This document shows positions 13,018-26,085 of a DNA stretch of 64,000 bases, piece by piece. The notes under the pieces were generated by a model that saw only the letters and a program-made list of their open reading frames with translations, searched no databases and was not told where the DNA came from. The position numbers and the translations under genes are program-made. Numbering within the stretch: the first letter of the stretch is position 1; every line of letters starts with the position of its first letter. This DNA is from Amphiscolops sp. MND2022 (Eukaryota), in NCBI GenBank assembly GCA_964187785.1, contig OZ076409.1, positions 20,896,001 to 20,960,000 on the forward strand, written 5' to 3'.

Positions 13018-16000
13018 GTGTCATCTGAACAAATGAAAGGCAGAAAGAAGGAAAGGCACGTGATGCAGCATCCTCGAATGACAAATGTGTTTGAAGGAAG
13101 AAACACACAGCAGAACCAAACGCTGATGGAATTCAAACCAAAAGATTTGGAGAATACGTCAGATTGGTACGTGTGGAGCCTCAACTGTGATAGTTTACTC
13201 ATACCTGTGAAAAAACTCCATACGTTGTTGAAAAACTTGGATGACAAGTTCGATGAGAAAGAAACTGTTGTGTCCAAAAGCAACTTGATTGGTCAGGTAA
13301 TCGAATACTGCGAGAGAAGACAAGCGTTGCTGTTTTGTGTAGACTCCATGTTGAGTCTAACTAATGAAGAAACGCAAAAAAAGCTCAGTCGAAGTGTGTT
13401 TGAATGGGAAGAGTGCTTTGCAAAATTGAAATCGATTTGAGAATAATGGTTCCCCGAAGTGAAGCAAATGTTAAAGCGTTCAATTGAAGGGACAAAAGCA
13501 ATGAAACTAAGCCAGAAGACAAACGGAAAATCTGCAGACACAGCTATGAGATGCCCTCGCACTAAAAAGTTGAGGCAAAGACGTGTCGATCAGACATTTC
13601 AAAATTGTATAAAGAAAGCTGCTAGGGAAAAGCAATCACTGACGGAGTCAAGAAGGACCAATCACCAAAAACCTCGCTTTGTCATGGGAAACAGCATATC
13701 TGAAGTGGAAAAATCTGTCTACGTTGTGACACCAATACTCGAAGAAAGGGGTAATGTGTCTGACAAAACCATCCAGATTGACAACAGAACAACAGTTAGC
13801 TCGAAAGAGTCTAATGAAGAGCGACTGATTCCTCTAGCAGTATAGAAAGCCGAGGACCAGAACTCGGATGAATTCCAAGGCCAAAGAAGCGAGCCTGAAT
13901 CATAACAAAAAGAGGAACTGGGCAAACATTCACAACTGGTTGAAACCAGAAGCAACAAAACCTCTGTGACTTCGATAACTTCAAGCGCTAGACGAGTTCT
14001 TTATTTGAAAGTAAAAGCTACGAAAGAACAATTAGAACCGCAAGCCAGACTGGAGAAACTGAAGCGCGAAGCATTACAAAGAGAATTAACTGACTTGCAC
14101 CACTTGCGAAGCTGAAAAAGCTGAAATAGAAAAAGAAATAGCGTAAGCATCGAGCAGTCAGGGGACTAGCTTGTGAAATATCTCACCAGTCGACAGTTTC
14201 ACGGAAGACTCAGGATGGGTGGACAAGTCAGAAACAATCGAGAACGGGGCTACGTCCAAAATTGCAGTATCAGTACATTCGACGCCAGAGAATGCAGTGA
14301 ATTTAATTCACGAAGGAAAGTTCTTCGAGCCTGGGAGAGACTCCAAAACTCCCAGAGAAGCAGATGAGCGAGCTGATGGGAAAGACAGAACGAACTATGA
14401 TAATGGATCATGCAGACTAGGAGCAACATCACAACCAGAAGTGAAAGTTGCAAACAAAAGCACCTCGAAGCTCCTCACAGCGGAATGCATACAGAACTGG
14501 TCAAAAACAATCGTTTTAGAAAATTGTCGGCATTACTTCCGTTCAAAAACCCTCCTCGTGGATACCAAACAAAGTTTGGAAGAAGAGATTCACTTTGTCA
14601 TGAGTGAGCAGTCGATAGTGCAAACAGAGGTGAACTTGAATTACACAATGACGGAAACAAGGAAAGAGCATACAAGCTTAGCATTCGCATCAAGCAAGCA
14701 AACTTCGGAAGAATTGAGTGTGCAATTTGAACTGGTGCAAGATAGTGCCACAGAAGATACCACGGCACTACAGAACGTAGAACACGGGATTTTTTTCCGA
14801 ATGACAACGTTTTAAGCCGATAATCTACTCCTTGAAGAAGTAAACCAATTTTTTTTAATTTGACAAAAGTTATGGATTTGTGCACTGCAAAACGATTGGA
14901 ATGAAGAAGCTATTTATCAGAAGCCATGTCGCGTTGCAGTGAAACAAGCCCGTGGAAGGCAGTGCCAAATGTGAAAAACAAACCATGAAAGCAACCTTCG
15001 GTAAGAATTTCGATTTTGACTTCAAAGTAAGACTTGTTGAAGAAATTATTCCGAGTGATGGTACTGTACGGAAAACTTTGACTGGTAATGGAATCTCTGG
15101 GATAGACGCAGTAGCACAAGCTAACAGGATTGATAAAACTCAATTGAGCAAAGGCTACCGCAAGCGACCGAAAAAAAAGAACTTGGAAGATTGAAACTAC
15201 CTCGAACTTGTTTAATGGAAAGGAGAAAAACGCTCAGTTGAGCGAGAATGAAATACAAAAGGACACAGTTTGGCTACAAGCTTTGAGAGACAATTTATCA
15301 GTGACAAGAACGTGAATGTGTTTTTTGAAAGTACCAACAATAGCAAGTTGGAGCAATGGGTTTTGCAAAGGGCCGGCTGCACTGTTCGAGACAATGTGGT
15401 TTCAGTATGATTCTTTTGGTAAATTGGAAGTCTCTGATGTTCTATCGGAGCCTGTGAGAAACCCAGATGATGAAAAATTGGTGTAATATGGGGAAAGAAG
15501 CTCCGTGACGCTCTACAAAAAGAAGCGAAACTCCACAGCATTGCAGTTACTGGGAGAAAACTCGGATGTAGCTACGGCAATTGATGTGCCTGTAGGCAAA
15601 GAGCAAAAGGAACCCAGCGACTGAATTCAAAGCACAAATTCATTCCCATTGGATACATAGAGAACACTGAAAACAAAAAGAAAAACTTCAATGGCTGTAA
15701 TGTTGAAAAGTCTCTATATCTACTGATCATGATGCTGGATGATTCGACAACATTTCAAGAAGAGCAGATTATTCAAAAACAGGATTATGGAACGAATAGA
15801 TAACGAACAATTTTTGGCATGTCTCCCCCATGATCAGTCAACTTTGACGAGGAATTGTGTAGCAGAGCAAATTTTGGGACACTGGCGAGAGATATTATAT
15901 ATTTACATTGAAATCTACTTTTTGGATAATGAAGTAATTGAGTCGAATGAGTTCGAGCATGTTCGTAATGTAATGTAACTTGCAAATGTTCAAAAAAGCA

Positions 16001-16327
16001 ATTGATTGAATTCAAAGAATGTTGGACATTGATGCGGAAGTTTGAGATAATTGGGAAAACTATGACTTCAAATGAGGAAACAGTTTTTTGGAAATCTTTG
16101 GTTGTGTGGTGTGAATTTGTGGAAAAGAACCTTATGCTCAGCGAACTAGGATGAGCTGAAAAATTTTTGCAGTAGAGAAAGCACACAGCAAACAACCGAC
16201 AAACATGACAATGAAACTGAACATCCCCGGAAGAGAACGACGATTGACGGCAAACTTAAAAGACCAGCAATGAGACTGGCACCCTTGGTCTATGAAAGTG
16301 TTTTCGGGAGAAAAACAGGGCAGGCAA
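13018..16327 (+). pseudogene. Decayed gag-like/pol-remnant internal region of the BEL/Pao element, copy 1
   Basis: Chain of broken + strand ORFs (13018-13440, 13459-13845, 14219-14815, 14952-15194) with a coiled-coil-like segment (TSSARR...QARLEKLKREALQRE). It ends in the KLKRPAMRLAPL remnant. Confidence 0.6.
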
Positions 16328-16873
16328 TGTTGACACCTGTCAATTGCAAGATCAGAAACTCAATTTAGAAAGTGACTGATGAAGCTGATCACTCAAAACA
16401 CTTCGAAACTTTGTCAAGATAATAGTTGGAAAATTACAAGTTTCACCATGTATAGGGCATCCCCAAATTGGGCCACCCCTTGTCCGGGCGAACCACTCAT
16501 TCAATCACCTCGAAACTTGGCACACATGAATGAGTGGTGTTACCCTAACTTTTCACTTGGAACACTCTACCCCGTATATCCCCTGGGTTCCGAGCACTTA
16601 ACACCCAAAGTGACCTGGGTCGGACCACATGGAAACCCATTTTTGCTATACAAGGTATTATGTAAATTTCTCATATGACCTTGAAGGACATGTAACTCTG
16701 TTAAAATTAATAATATTTACATTGTGTAAACATACTTTCTAGCCCACCTGACAAACATGCCAAAACCACCACATTGATTGTTTACCTAACCAATATCTTC
16801 ATATTATACTTTAAATGACATTTATTAATACAAAATATTTGATGTATATTTACTGTAAAAGTGTAAACCAGAT
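16328..16873 (+). repeat. Middle LTR, 3'-truncated
   Basis: Starts TGTTGACACC after cagggcaggcaa and matches 19503-20050. At 16874 it switches abruptly to internal sequence equivalent to 13726. Confidence 0.85.
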
Positions 16874-19502
16874 GTGACACCAATACTCGAAAAAGGGGTA
16901 ATTTGTCTGACAAACCCATCCAGATTGACAACAGAACAACAGTTAGCTCGAATGGTCTAAAGAAGAGCGACTGGTTCGTCTAGCAGTAGGGAAGGCTGAG
17001 GACCAGAACTCGGATGACTTCCAAGGCCAAAGAAGCGAGCCTGGATCGTTACAAAAAAACTCGGCAAACATTCACAAGTGGTTGAAACCAGAAGCAACAA
17101 ATCCTCTGTGATTCTGAAAACTTCAAGCGCTAGACGAGTTATTTATTTGAAAGTAAAAACTCTGAAAGAACAAGAAGAACGGCAAGCCAGACTGGAGAAA
17201 CTGAAGCGCGAAGCATTACAAAGAGAAATAGCTGACTTGCACCAAAAGCTTGCCCGCGAAGCTGGAAGAGCTGAAATAGAAAACGAAATAGCGGAAGCAT
17301 CGAGCAGTCAGGGGACTAGCTTCCGAAATATCTCACCAGTCGACAGTTTCACGGAAGACTCAGGGAGGATGGAAAAGTCAGAAATAGTTGAGAACGGGGC
17401 TAAGTCTAAAATTGCAGTATCAACACATTCAACGCCAGAGAATGCAGTGAATTTAATTCACGAAGGAAATTTCTCCGCGCCTAGGAGAGACTCGAAAACT
17501 CCCACAGAAGCAGATGAGCGAGCTGATTGGAAAGACAGAACAATTTATGATAATGGATCGTGCAGACAAGGAGCAACATCACAAGCAGAAGTGAAAGTTG
17601 CAAACAAAGGCACCTCGGAATCTCCTCACAGCGGAATGCATACAGAACTGGTCAGAAACAATCGTTTTGGAAAATTGTCGGCATTACTTCCGTTCAGAAA
17701 CCCTCCTCGTGGATACCAAACAAAGTTTGGAAGAAGAGATTCACTTTGTCATGAGTGAGCAGTCGATAGTGCAAACAGAGGTGAACTTGAATTACACAAT
17801 GACGGAAACAAGGAAAGAGCATACAAGCATCGCATTCGCATCAAGCAAGCAAACCTCGCGAGAATTGGGTCTGCAGTTTGAACTGGTGCAAGATAGTGCT
17901 ACAGAAGATACCACGGCACTACAGAACGTAGAACACAGGAATTTCTTCCGAATGACAAGGTTCTATTCCGATAATCTACTCCTTGAAGAAAGAAACAAAT
18001 GTTTTGAATTTGACAAACGTTATGGATTTGTTCGTGAGCAACAGTTTGCACTGCAAAACGATTGGAATGAAGAAGTCATGTATCAGAAGTCATGTCACGT
18101 TGCCTTGAAACATGACAAGCCCGTGAATGGCGAAGACAAATGTGAAACACAAACCATGAATGCAACTTTCGGTAAGACATTCGCTTTTGACTTGTTGAAG
18201 AAACTATTCCGAGTGATGGTACTGTACGGAAAACTTTGACTGGTAATGGAAACTCTGGGATGGACGCAGTAGCACAAGCTAACGGCATTGACAAAACTCA
18301 ATTGAGCAAAGGCCACCGCAAGCGACCGAAGAAAAGGTTTTGGAAGATTGAAACTACCTCGAACGTGTTAATTGGAAAGGAGGAAAACGCTCAGTTGAGC
18401 GAGAATGAAATACAAAATGACACAGTTTGGCTACAAGCCTTGAATGACAATTTATTTGTGACAAGAACGCGAATGTGTTCTTTGAAAGTACTAACAATAG
18501 CAAGTTGGAGCCATGGGTCTTGCAAAGGGCCGGCTGCAACGTTCGAGACAATGTGGACTCAGTATGGGTCTTTTGGTACATTGGAAGTCTCTGATGTTCT
18601 GTCGGAGCCTGTGAGAAACCCAGATGATAAAAAATTTGAATATCATGGTGGAAGAAGCTCCGTGACGCTCTACAAACAAAAGCAGAACTCCACAGCATTG
18701 CAGTTACTGGGAGAAAACTCGGATGTAGCTACGGCAACCGACGTGCCTGTAGGCAAAGAGCAAAAAGAACCCAGCGACTGAATTCAAAGCAAACGTTCTT
18801 TCCCATTGGCTTCATAGAGAACACTGAAAACAAAGAAAACTTCAGTTGAGAAGTCTCGATATCTACTGATCATGATGATGGATGATTCGACAACATTTCA
18901 AGAAGAGCAGATTATTCCAAAACAGGATTATGGAACGATTAGAGAACGAACCATTTTTGGCATGTCTCCCCCATGATCAGTCAACTTTGACAAAGAATTT
19001 TGTAGCAGAGCAAATCTGTAGCAGAGCAAATCTGTAGCAGAGCAAATCTTGGGACACTGGCGAGAGATATTATATACTCACAATGAAATCTACTTTTTGG
19101 ATAATGAAGTAATTGAGTCGAATGAATTCGAGCATGTTCGTAATGTAATGTAACTTGCAAATGTTCAAAAAAGCAATTGATTGAATTCAAAGAATGTTTG
19201 ACATTGATGCGGAAGTTTGAGATAATTGGGAAAACTATGACTTCAAATGAGGAAACAGTTTTTTGGAAATCTTTGGTTGTGTGGTGTGAATTTGTGGAAA
19301 AAAACCTTATGCTCAGCGAAATAGGGTGAGCTGAAAAATTTTTGCAGTAGAGAAAGCACACAGCAAACAACCGACAAACATGACAATGAAACTGAACATC
19401 CCCGGAAAAGAACGACGATTGATGGCAAACTCAAAAGACCAGCAATGAGACTGGCACCCTTGGTCTATGAAAGTGTTTTCGGGAGAAAAACAGGGCAGGC
19501 AA
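16874..19502 (+). pseudogene. Decayed internal region of the BEL/Pao element, copy 2 (duplicate of 13726-16327)
   Basis: ORFs 17078-17758, 17598-18239 and 18236-18781 are visibly homologous to the copy-1 ORFs (e.g. LLTAECIQNWS..IVLENCRHYFRS). Confidence 0.75.
19001..19048 (+). repeat. 16-bp triplication tgtagcagagcaaatc x3
   Basis: Present three times here but only once at the homologous site (about 15857). Confidence 0.9.
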
Positions 19503-20444
19503 TGTTGGCACCTGTCAATTGCAAGATCAGAAACTCAATTTAGAACGTGACTGATGAAGCTGATCACTCAAAACACTTCGAAACTTTGTCAAGATAATAG
19601 TTGGAATATTACAAGTTTCACCATGAATAGGGCATCTCCAAATTGGGCCAACCCCTTGTCCGGGCGAACCACTCATTCAATCACCTCGAAACTTGGCACA
19701 CATATAGTAGTGGTGTTAACCTAACTTTTCACTTGGGACACTCTACCCCGTATCTCCCATGGGTTCCAAGCCATTAACACCCAGAATGACCTGGGTCGCA
19801 CCACATGGAAACCCATTTTTGCTATACAACTTATTATGTGATTTTCTCATATGACCTTGAAGGACTTGTAACTCTGTTAAAATTAAAAATTTTTACATTG
19901 TGTAAACATACTTTCTAGCCCACCAGACCAACATGCCAAAACCACCACATTGTTTGTTTACCTAACCAATACCTTCATATTATGCTTTAAATGACATTTA
20001 TTTATACAACATATTTGATGTATATTTACTGTAGATGTGTAAACCAGATTTATACTATGACTACATAGGTATTTTAACGACTGAAGAGCTATAGTCAAGT
20101 TGGGTCTTAGGACCAAAAGACTAATTGATGAACTTCTCAATCTTCACAACTTTTCGCTTGAGTCCGAGCGAACAAGTAGCTACACTCTTAGTTGGAGAAC
20201 CGGAGCGCTTGAAGATACAGTGAGGGAAGTGTGTGACGGATCACATCGGGTCCAACAAGTGTAAGAGGGATCGCAAGAGATTTCTACAGGTCACATCGGA
20301 CCCACCAGTTAAAAGATAGTCCTTTACAACAAGAAAACCAGGATTTGTTTAGTAACGGTCCACAGTACTAAGCAACGGATCAGGGCGGCGTAAAGCTTGT
20401 CAAGACTCAGCGTCAGCGCAGGATAAGGGCAAGCAGCCGTTACA
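19503..20444 (+). repeat. 3' LTR, full length (942 bp)
   Basis: TGTTGGCACC...CAGCCGTTACA, preceded by the purine-rich tract gggagaaaaacagggcaggcaa. Confidence 0.9.
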
Positions 20445-22534
20445 GAGAGTTAGAAGCTTCAAGAAGTTCCAGAAGATGTAACTAATGTTGGCAGACGCAT
20501 TTGACTGACGAATTTGCTGTTTTACGGTGGAAAAAACCTCAGAATGACCCCAGAAGTTGAAAATTTTAAATTTATGGCAATTTTACGCATATTTGTTTTT
20601 CACCACGTCTGAGCAATCTTGCGGAATACAGTAGTTTGGACTCAGCAACGACTAAACCGCTATCCAGTGGGTGTTTCTGAAGATATAACCACAATTTTTT
20701 GTTAAAATCAGAATCAAAAAACCACAAAAACCAAAACTGAAAAAAAGCTCATTGTTGGACTAAATAGTGCCAATTTAATTTCAGTTCACAAAATATTTAG
20801 TAGAGGAGAACTTTCTTTGGTTTAAACGTTGAAACAATGGGCTTTTCAAACGCTATTTGGGAAAGAAAGTCTAATACCGTTTCTCGACTTAGAGAACAAA
20901 GCATTTAACAGTTCCGAACATTTCCCTTCATCGACTACAATCTCCCAATTTTGGACATTTCTGAATGTTTTCCCCAATCAGAAAATCTATAGAATCATGA
21001 TCGAAACGCGTAGCTACCAGTACGCGTTGCAAAAAGGTATCGGAGTCGTCAAAAATTTGCAAAACTTCTAAAATAATAGTTTCCTCGAAAACGTTGAAAA
21101 AATTTTTCGAACTGTTGTAGTCAAAATTTATTTTTCATTAAACACCAAACGCAATGAATACGACTCTGAATAAGTAAACCAGTATGCCTTTGAAAGGATA
21201 AAATCGCAGTTTCCGAGGGGAAAAAGTTTCAGAAATACCCTGAACAATTCAAATTGTTTTGAAATTTTATGCGTTTTCTGTAGTGTATACAATAAGCAAT
21301 TTTGAAAAACATATCTGCAGTTTCGCGTTTGAAAAACGCGTCAAATTGACCCTAAAGTCGCCGAAAGTTTTTTGAAATTTCAAGTGATTTTTTGTGCTTA
21401 CTGAAAATTTGGTTAGTTAGTTATTGATAGCCAACTAGTTCACTTACAAAACGATTTGGAACTTAACGTTTTCGTAAATCAGAATCAGGTGTTTCTTTTT
21501 CATAAATGGGGTACTTTGAATCAAAAAGTGTCAAAACTATCTTTCTTTCAAACTTTTACACATTTCCATAGTGCATTGGCTATTTTTGAGCCTCAAGATA
21601 GTCGTTGTAGAACAGTTTGTGGCAGAAAAAATCCCACTAGTCAGCGGGCGTCTTGTTCATTAAGCATTCACAAAATTAGACCGTAAGTTATTCGACCTGT
21701 TAGTAAAAGCAGACAGATGCGCAAAACGTTACAGATGTTCGAAACAAGCTTTTTTTGAGAACAAGATGAATACCCCAAAAACTTTTTCCACGTTCCATTT
21801 TATTTTGACATTATTATGCTGGTCGTATTGTGCTTCAAATACATGTACTCAATTACGAGCTGTTGGAGAACTTTGTCCATCAAATAGCAAAGTTGAGAGC
21901 TAACAGAAAGTCTAATTAGTCTTTTTTCCCTTTTAAAAATCATTCTTACTTTTTGGAAACTCGTCAAAACGTTCATGATAATGTGGAGATATGCTGTTTA
22001 ACCCCATTTTTACTCAGTCTGGTATCCGAATAACCAAACAATATTAATCTAATCCAACAACGATAAAAACTTGGAGCTGATAAAAAATCTCTGGCGTGAG
22101 TTGCGTGAGTTCATTCACAAGTCAAAAGTTGATCAATAAGGGTACCATAGTGTAGCTAGGATTCTCAACAAAAGCTATATTGCAAGCATCAAACTGTCCT
22201 GGACAAAACCACCAAGTCAAGCCCAGTTGAGTGTTCAACTCATTGAATCATGATAACCCTGAACGCTGTCAGGTCACAATCCTAGTAAAAATGTCCTGAA
22301 TTATCGTATCGTGATTAGCTACGTTCATATACCGATATTGCCCTAAATGCAGGAGCGAAGCGAAGCGACGTGCCACTACTGGTCCAGCGGCTGAATCAAA
22401 AGTTTTGATGAAGACCGAGTCATAGACACCCGTTTTGACTTCATTTTCAAACAGATTTTAACCTAGATTTTCGTCTAAGAGATTTTAACCTCGAGGATTT
22501 TAACTTAGATTTTGACATGTAACCTTATAAGTAT

Positions 22535-22588
22535 TTTGAAAATTTATATGGGTTTACTAGCAGATGTATACCCATATAAATTTTCAAA
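22535..22588. repeat. Near-perfect hairpin (23-bp arms, 1 mismatch, 8-nt loop)
   Basis: tttgaaaatttatatgggtttac-tagcagat-gtatacccatataaattttcaaa. Confidence 0.9.
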
Positions 22589-24420
22589 TTGCTCGGATGA
22601 TCAGATCAGTTGTTTAATGACGAAATAGGAGAGCTTTTTATATATTTTTTTTGTTAATGATGTCATGTATAAAATTAAAATCCCTTAACTAACTAGGCTT
22701 CTTTTGGCTCACTGTTTATTAAGCTTTTATTCGCAGGACTTGGTTATTTCAGTGCTGCACAAAAGTTCATACATCTATGGTTGGATTTTATAAATCAAGA
22801 TAAAGTGAAGCTATAACATGAAGTTATAGTACGTAATGTAATGTGAAGAATCTGGCATGCATTAACATAATTGTTTTTCACGCCAATTACCTGACAAAAA
22901 ACACTTGTGGCGTGGAACCAACGTTATATGCGGCAACAAGCAATGAAGTTGTTATAAAGAAGTTAAAATGTCGGTGATGAAGTTACAAGCTGGTAATGAT
23001 GTTTAGCCAGATTGGTTGTTCCGATGCTGTGTATTGATTGTTTTGGTTTTGCTTTACAAGCGATCGTTTCATCTAGCACTGAAGCTGACACTGGTTTGTA
23101 TACCAGTCTTCGTACCTGTATTCAGCAGTTGAATAACACGAACGGCGAAGCACGAGCTAAAAAAGTAATAACAACCGACTTGACGAAACAAGAAGCAAAG
23201 TTTTCAGATGACTTCAGAAATAATCAGTTGATTATTGTTGAATTACATAGAAAGCGGGCCAAGTTTTTGCTTGTTAGCTATGCTCATAGTACACATGAAG
23301 TCATTATAATTAAAGAACGGCAGAAACTCAATTCAAGAATATTCTTGCCTAAAATTGCATCAAATTATTACATCAAAAACATGAAGCATTATTCTTAATT
23401 TTCTCAAGTGCAATCGGAATTGCTCTGTGATTCAACTGAACATAGTAATATATATGAAAAATTGGTTCAGCTCTTGCTCAACTTTTTATCCAAATAAAGA
23501 TACCTATTGTCATCAATAACATCAACTGAGCATTATCTTTACTGGTCATATCTTTATAGCCTAACTTTTCGTTATTACCATTTGGAATAGAAAACTTCAG
23601 CTTTGAAGAGCATTTAAAAAATCACAGAACGACTCCTATTAAAATTTTGACTCCTATAGCGAAGTTTAAAGTAACGGAATCATTCCGCAAGTGAAAAGAA
23701 ACAAGCGCGGGAAAGTGCAGCCACAGCCGATTTGCAGCGAAGGGTGTCAAGAAGAGCGAGGATTGAACAAATCAAGAGGGAGAAAGTTGTAGTTTGGGTT
23801 AGATCACAATCTCGGATTATTCGAGAAGTGGGGTGACGTTTTGAGGAGTGGAAGGGAGAGCGAATCAGATAAAGACGGACATCTTGGGTTGTTGGGCGTC
23901 GTCTGTGGTGACCTTAAACAGCACCCGAGTCGTGTCTTGTCGTGTGGTCGGGTGACGAGGCGACGGGTGACGGCGGCAGTTGATTGCAGTTGATCCGTGC
24001 TCTATCTCGAATTTTGTATTGAATTATGGGCATACTAAACCAATAGCCCAAAATTTGGGAAGTAAACAAATTCAGTTTAAATCTGCGTGCCTTTGATATT
24101 TGCCCGACAAAACCAACCCTCGTGGCCCGCTGTATCTACATAAAATACCATTGAAAGGCCATTCAATAATTGTTATTTTCCGACTCGATTCTAACCAACT
24201 AGTAATATTATTATCTTCCTATCTTGTACTTGTTCTTATTAAGCAAACAGATTGTTCTTGCTAAGTTCGGCCTATTTATTATTAGACACTGTTTCAAATA
24301 TTTGCCGTTTCTAACTTTTCTGATTTCGTGAAAGTGACATTCAGCAAAGAACTCGTACAACATATCAACATCCATCCTTTCTTTGATTCTTCTACTTCTT
24401 CTCTTCTTTCGCTGCTGCAG

Positions 24421-26085
24421 CTGCTAAGAGACACAGCATTCTGCTCTCAAATCCCACCCTGGATTTTAGTCTGAAACCACCCAGCTCGAGGACAGGCGTT
24501 GGCGCTTTGCAACAACGGTATCACAGGTGCCCTCTTTGCAACCTGCCAATTTTAGCCGGTGCGAAAACGCACACCTCTTCTGTCTGTGGACACACAGTTC
24601 ATAGCGACTGTTTCGCTGATCTGCGCATTTTCACCAACCGGGTTTGGAAGTGTCCAATTTGTGAGTGCCCTCAACCACCTGCTAGACAAGAGCAGGTACA
24701 AACAGTGCTGCAACATCATCACGAACAGGTACCTTCTGATTTATACCCCCAGCTATTGAGGCTCACCCAGCAACAGCAACAACAACAAAAACTCTTGCAA
24801 CATCAAAGTACCCCCAAGAGTCTATTCAAACCAAGCATGGCTGAATCTCTTCAAACAGCAGCAGCTCATGGGTTTGACCTCACGCCCTATATTGGGTCAT
24901 CAACGTTCTACGAAAACGCCGACATTTCAGACGCCGCCACTATGGACCGTCTTCACTCACCTCCAAAACCCAGCCCACTTTTGGTGCCAGGTTGGAAAAA
25001 ATACGCTGGAGCTAATGGCTTGTTTGACGGTGCCCAAACTACACCTGATACCATGATGGATAGAAGATCCGGCATGTCCAGTTATGCCAGTTTTGATTCC
25101 AGTCTTCCGACACAGGTGGCACCAGCAACATACCTGCCAGCTGAACCACAAGACCCTTTCCGTGCTAAACTTTACCAGGGAATCTTGTCCAAGAAAAAAA
25201 TTAGTGAATCTCGGCGAATTAATGGACAGTCTATCCAAAATATTATTCCATTTGGATCTCTGGATGGCATCGTCGATTCGAGGCAAAAAACAACCAGCAA
25301 TGACTTGGTTGCCAATAATTTGTTAAGAAGTGCTGCTTTGGACACTGAAACAAGAAATAGTTTGAACATTCCAACAAGTTCTTCTCAATTACCATTAGAG
25401 CACGATATGTTTCTCAGAAGCATTAACGAGCTCGCAGGAATGCATGATATGTCGTCTATATGCAGAAGTGTTTTTTCAGACGAAAAGTTGCAAGGCAACA
25501 ACAGGAAACGTTTGATTCACTTTCCAAACACAAAGAAAGATATAGACCCGTCAATCAAAGTGCCTAGGATGTGGGACTCTTACCAGGGTCTGTCTAGTAC
25601 TTCAGGTAGCATGAGCTCTGATGAGAAAATCATTATGTGGTATAACGTCACTGTGAGAAAAGTAGCGGAAAGTTATCACTTGAAAAGCGAAGATGCGTTG
25701 CATCAGCAACAACGCATGATCACACAGATGAATGAAACAGATCCAATTGAAGTCAACGAACCATCAGATGAATTGAGAGAAATTCCAGAAAAGGTCAAGA
25801 ACAACAACATTGAAGAAGATGTCCAAAGTTTCGAACAAGTTGACCCCGTAGTACAAGACGATGAACCTCTTGACCTTTCAATGTCGGCTGTCACCGAGAG
25901 CCACAGCTCGAAAGCGGCTTCCGAGGTCGATGATAGGTCAGAGGTGTATGACAACCCTGAACCTTTTGAAGTTGACCCTGAAGCTTTGAAGGAGCCAATA
26001 GTTGACCTGATTGATAACGAAGTGATTGGCTATTCCGATGACACCAAAGTTCCTCGATCCAGGAGAGAGTGTCGCAAGGGCCCAG
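24421..26085 (+). CDS. RING-H2/ETS gene, large coding exon (RING-H2 finger, polyQ, low-complexity linker, PLDLS motif); upstream start exon not located
   Basis: Open frame over the full 1665 nt in AT-rich DNA. Polypyrimidine tract plus CAG acceptor at 24420. C-x2-C-x15-C-x-H-x2-H-x2-C-x13-C-x2-C at 24528-24662. Donor CCAG|gtacgt at 26085/26086, phase 1. Confidence 0.85.

Larger units (their letters stand above)
11651..20444 (+). mobile_element. BEL/Pao LTR retrotransposon deletion derivative, tandem LTR-I-LTR(del)-I(del)-LTR
   Basis: Three homologous LTRs with TG...CA termini. PBS tggtccgccgacccgga at 12336. Purine-rich tract before LTR2 and LTR3. The C-terminal remnant DGKLKRPAMRLAPL just upstream of each downstream LTR resembles the end of BEL/Pao pol. 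Candidate 5-bp TSD gagat/gagag. No RT/RNase H motifs seen. Confidence 0.85.
11350..21657 (+). mobile_element. Satellite-bearing element, copy C, split by the LTR retrotransposon insertion at 11651-20444
   Basis: 180-bp repeat units occupy 11350-11650 and resume at 20445 (gagagttagaagc). The copy ends with the family tail gcattggctatttttgagcctcaag...gcgggcgtcttgtt at 21657. Confidence 0.55.

Noticed and set aside
23680..24000. GC-richer segment as promoter or first exon of the RING-ETS gene
   Set aside because: Plausible by position, but no ATG plus phase-1 donor could be assigned.
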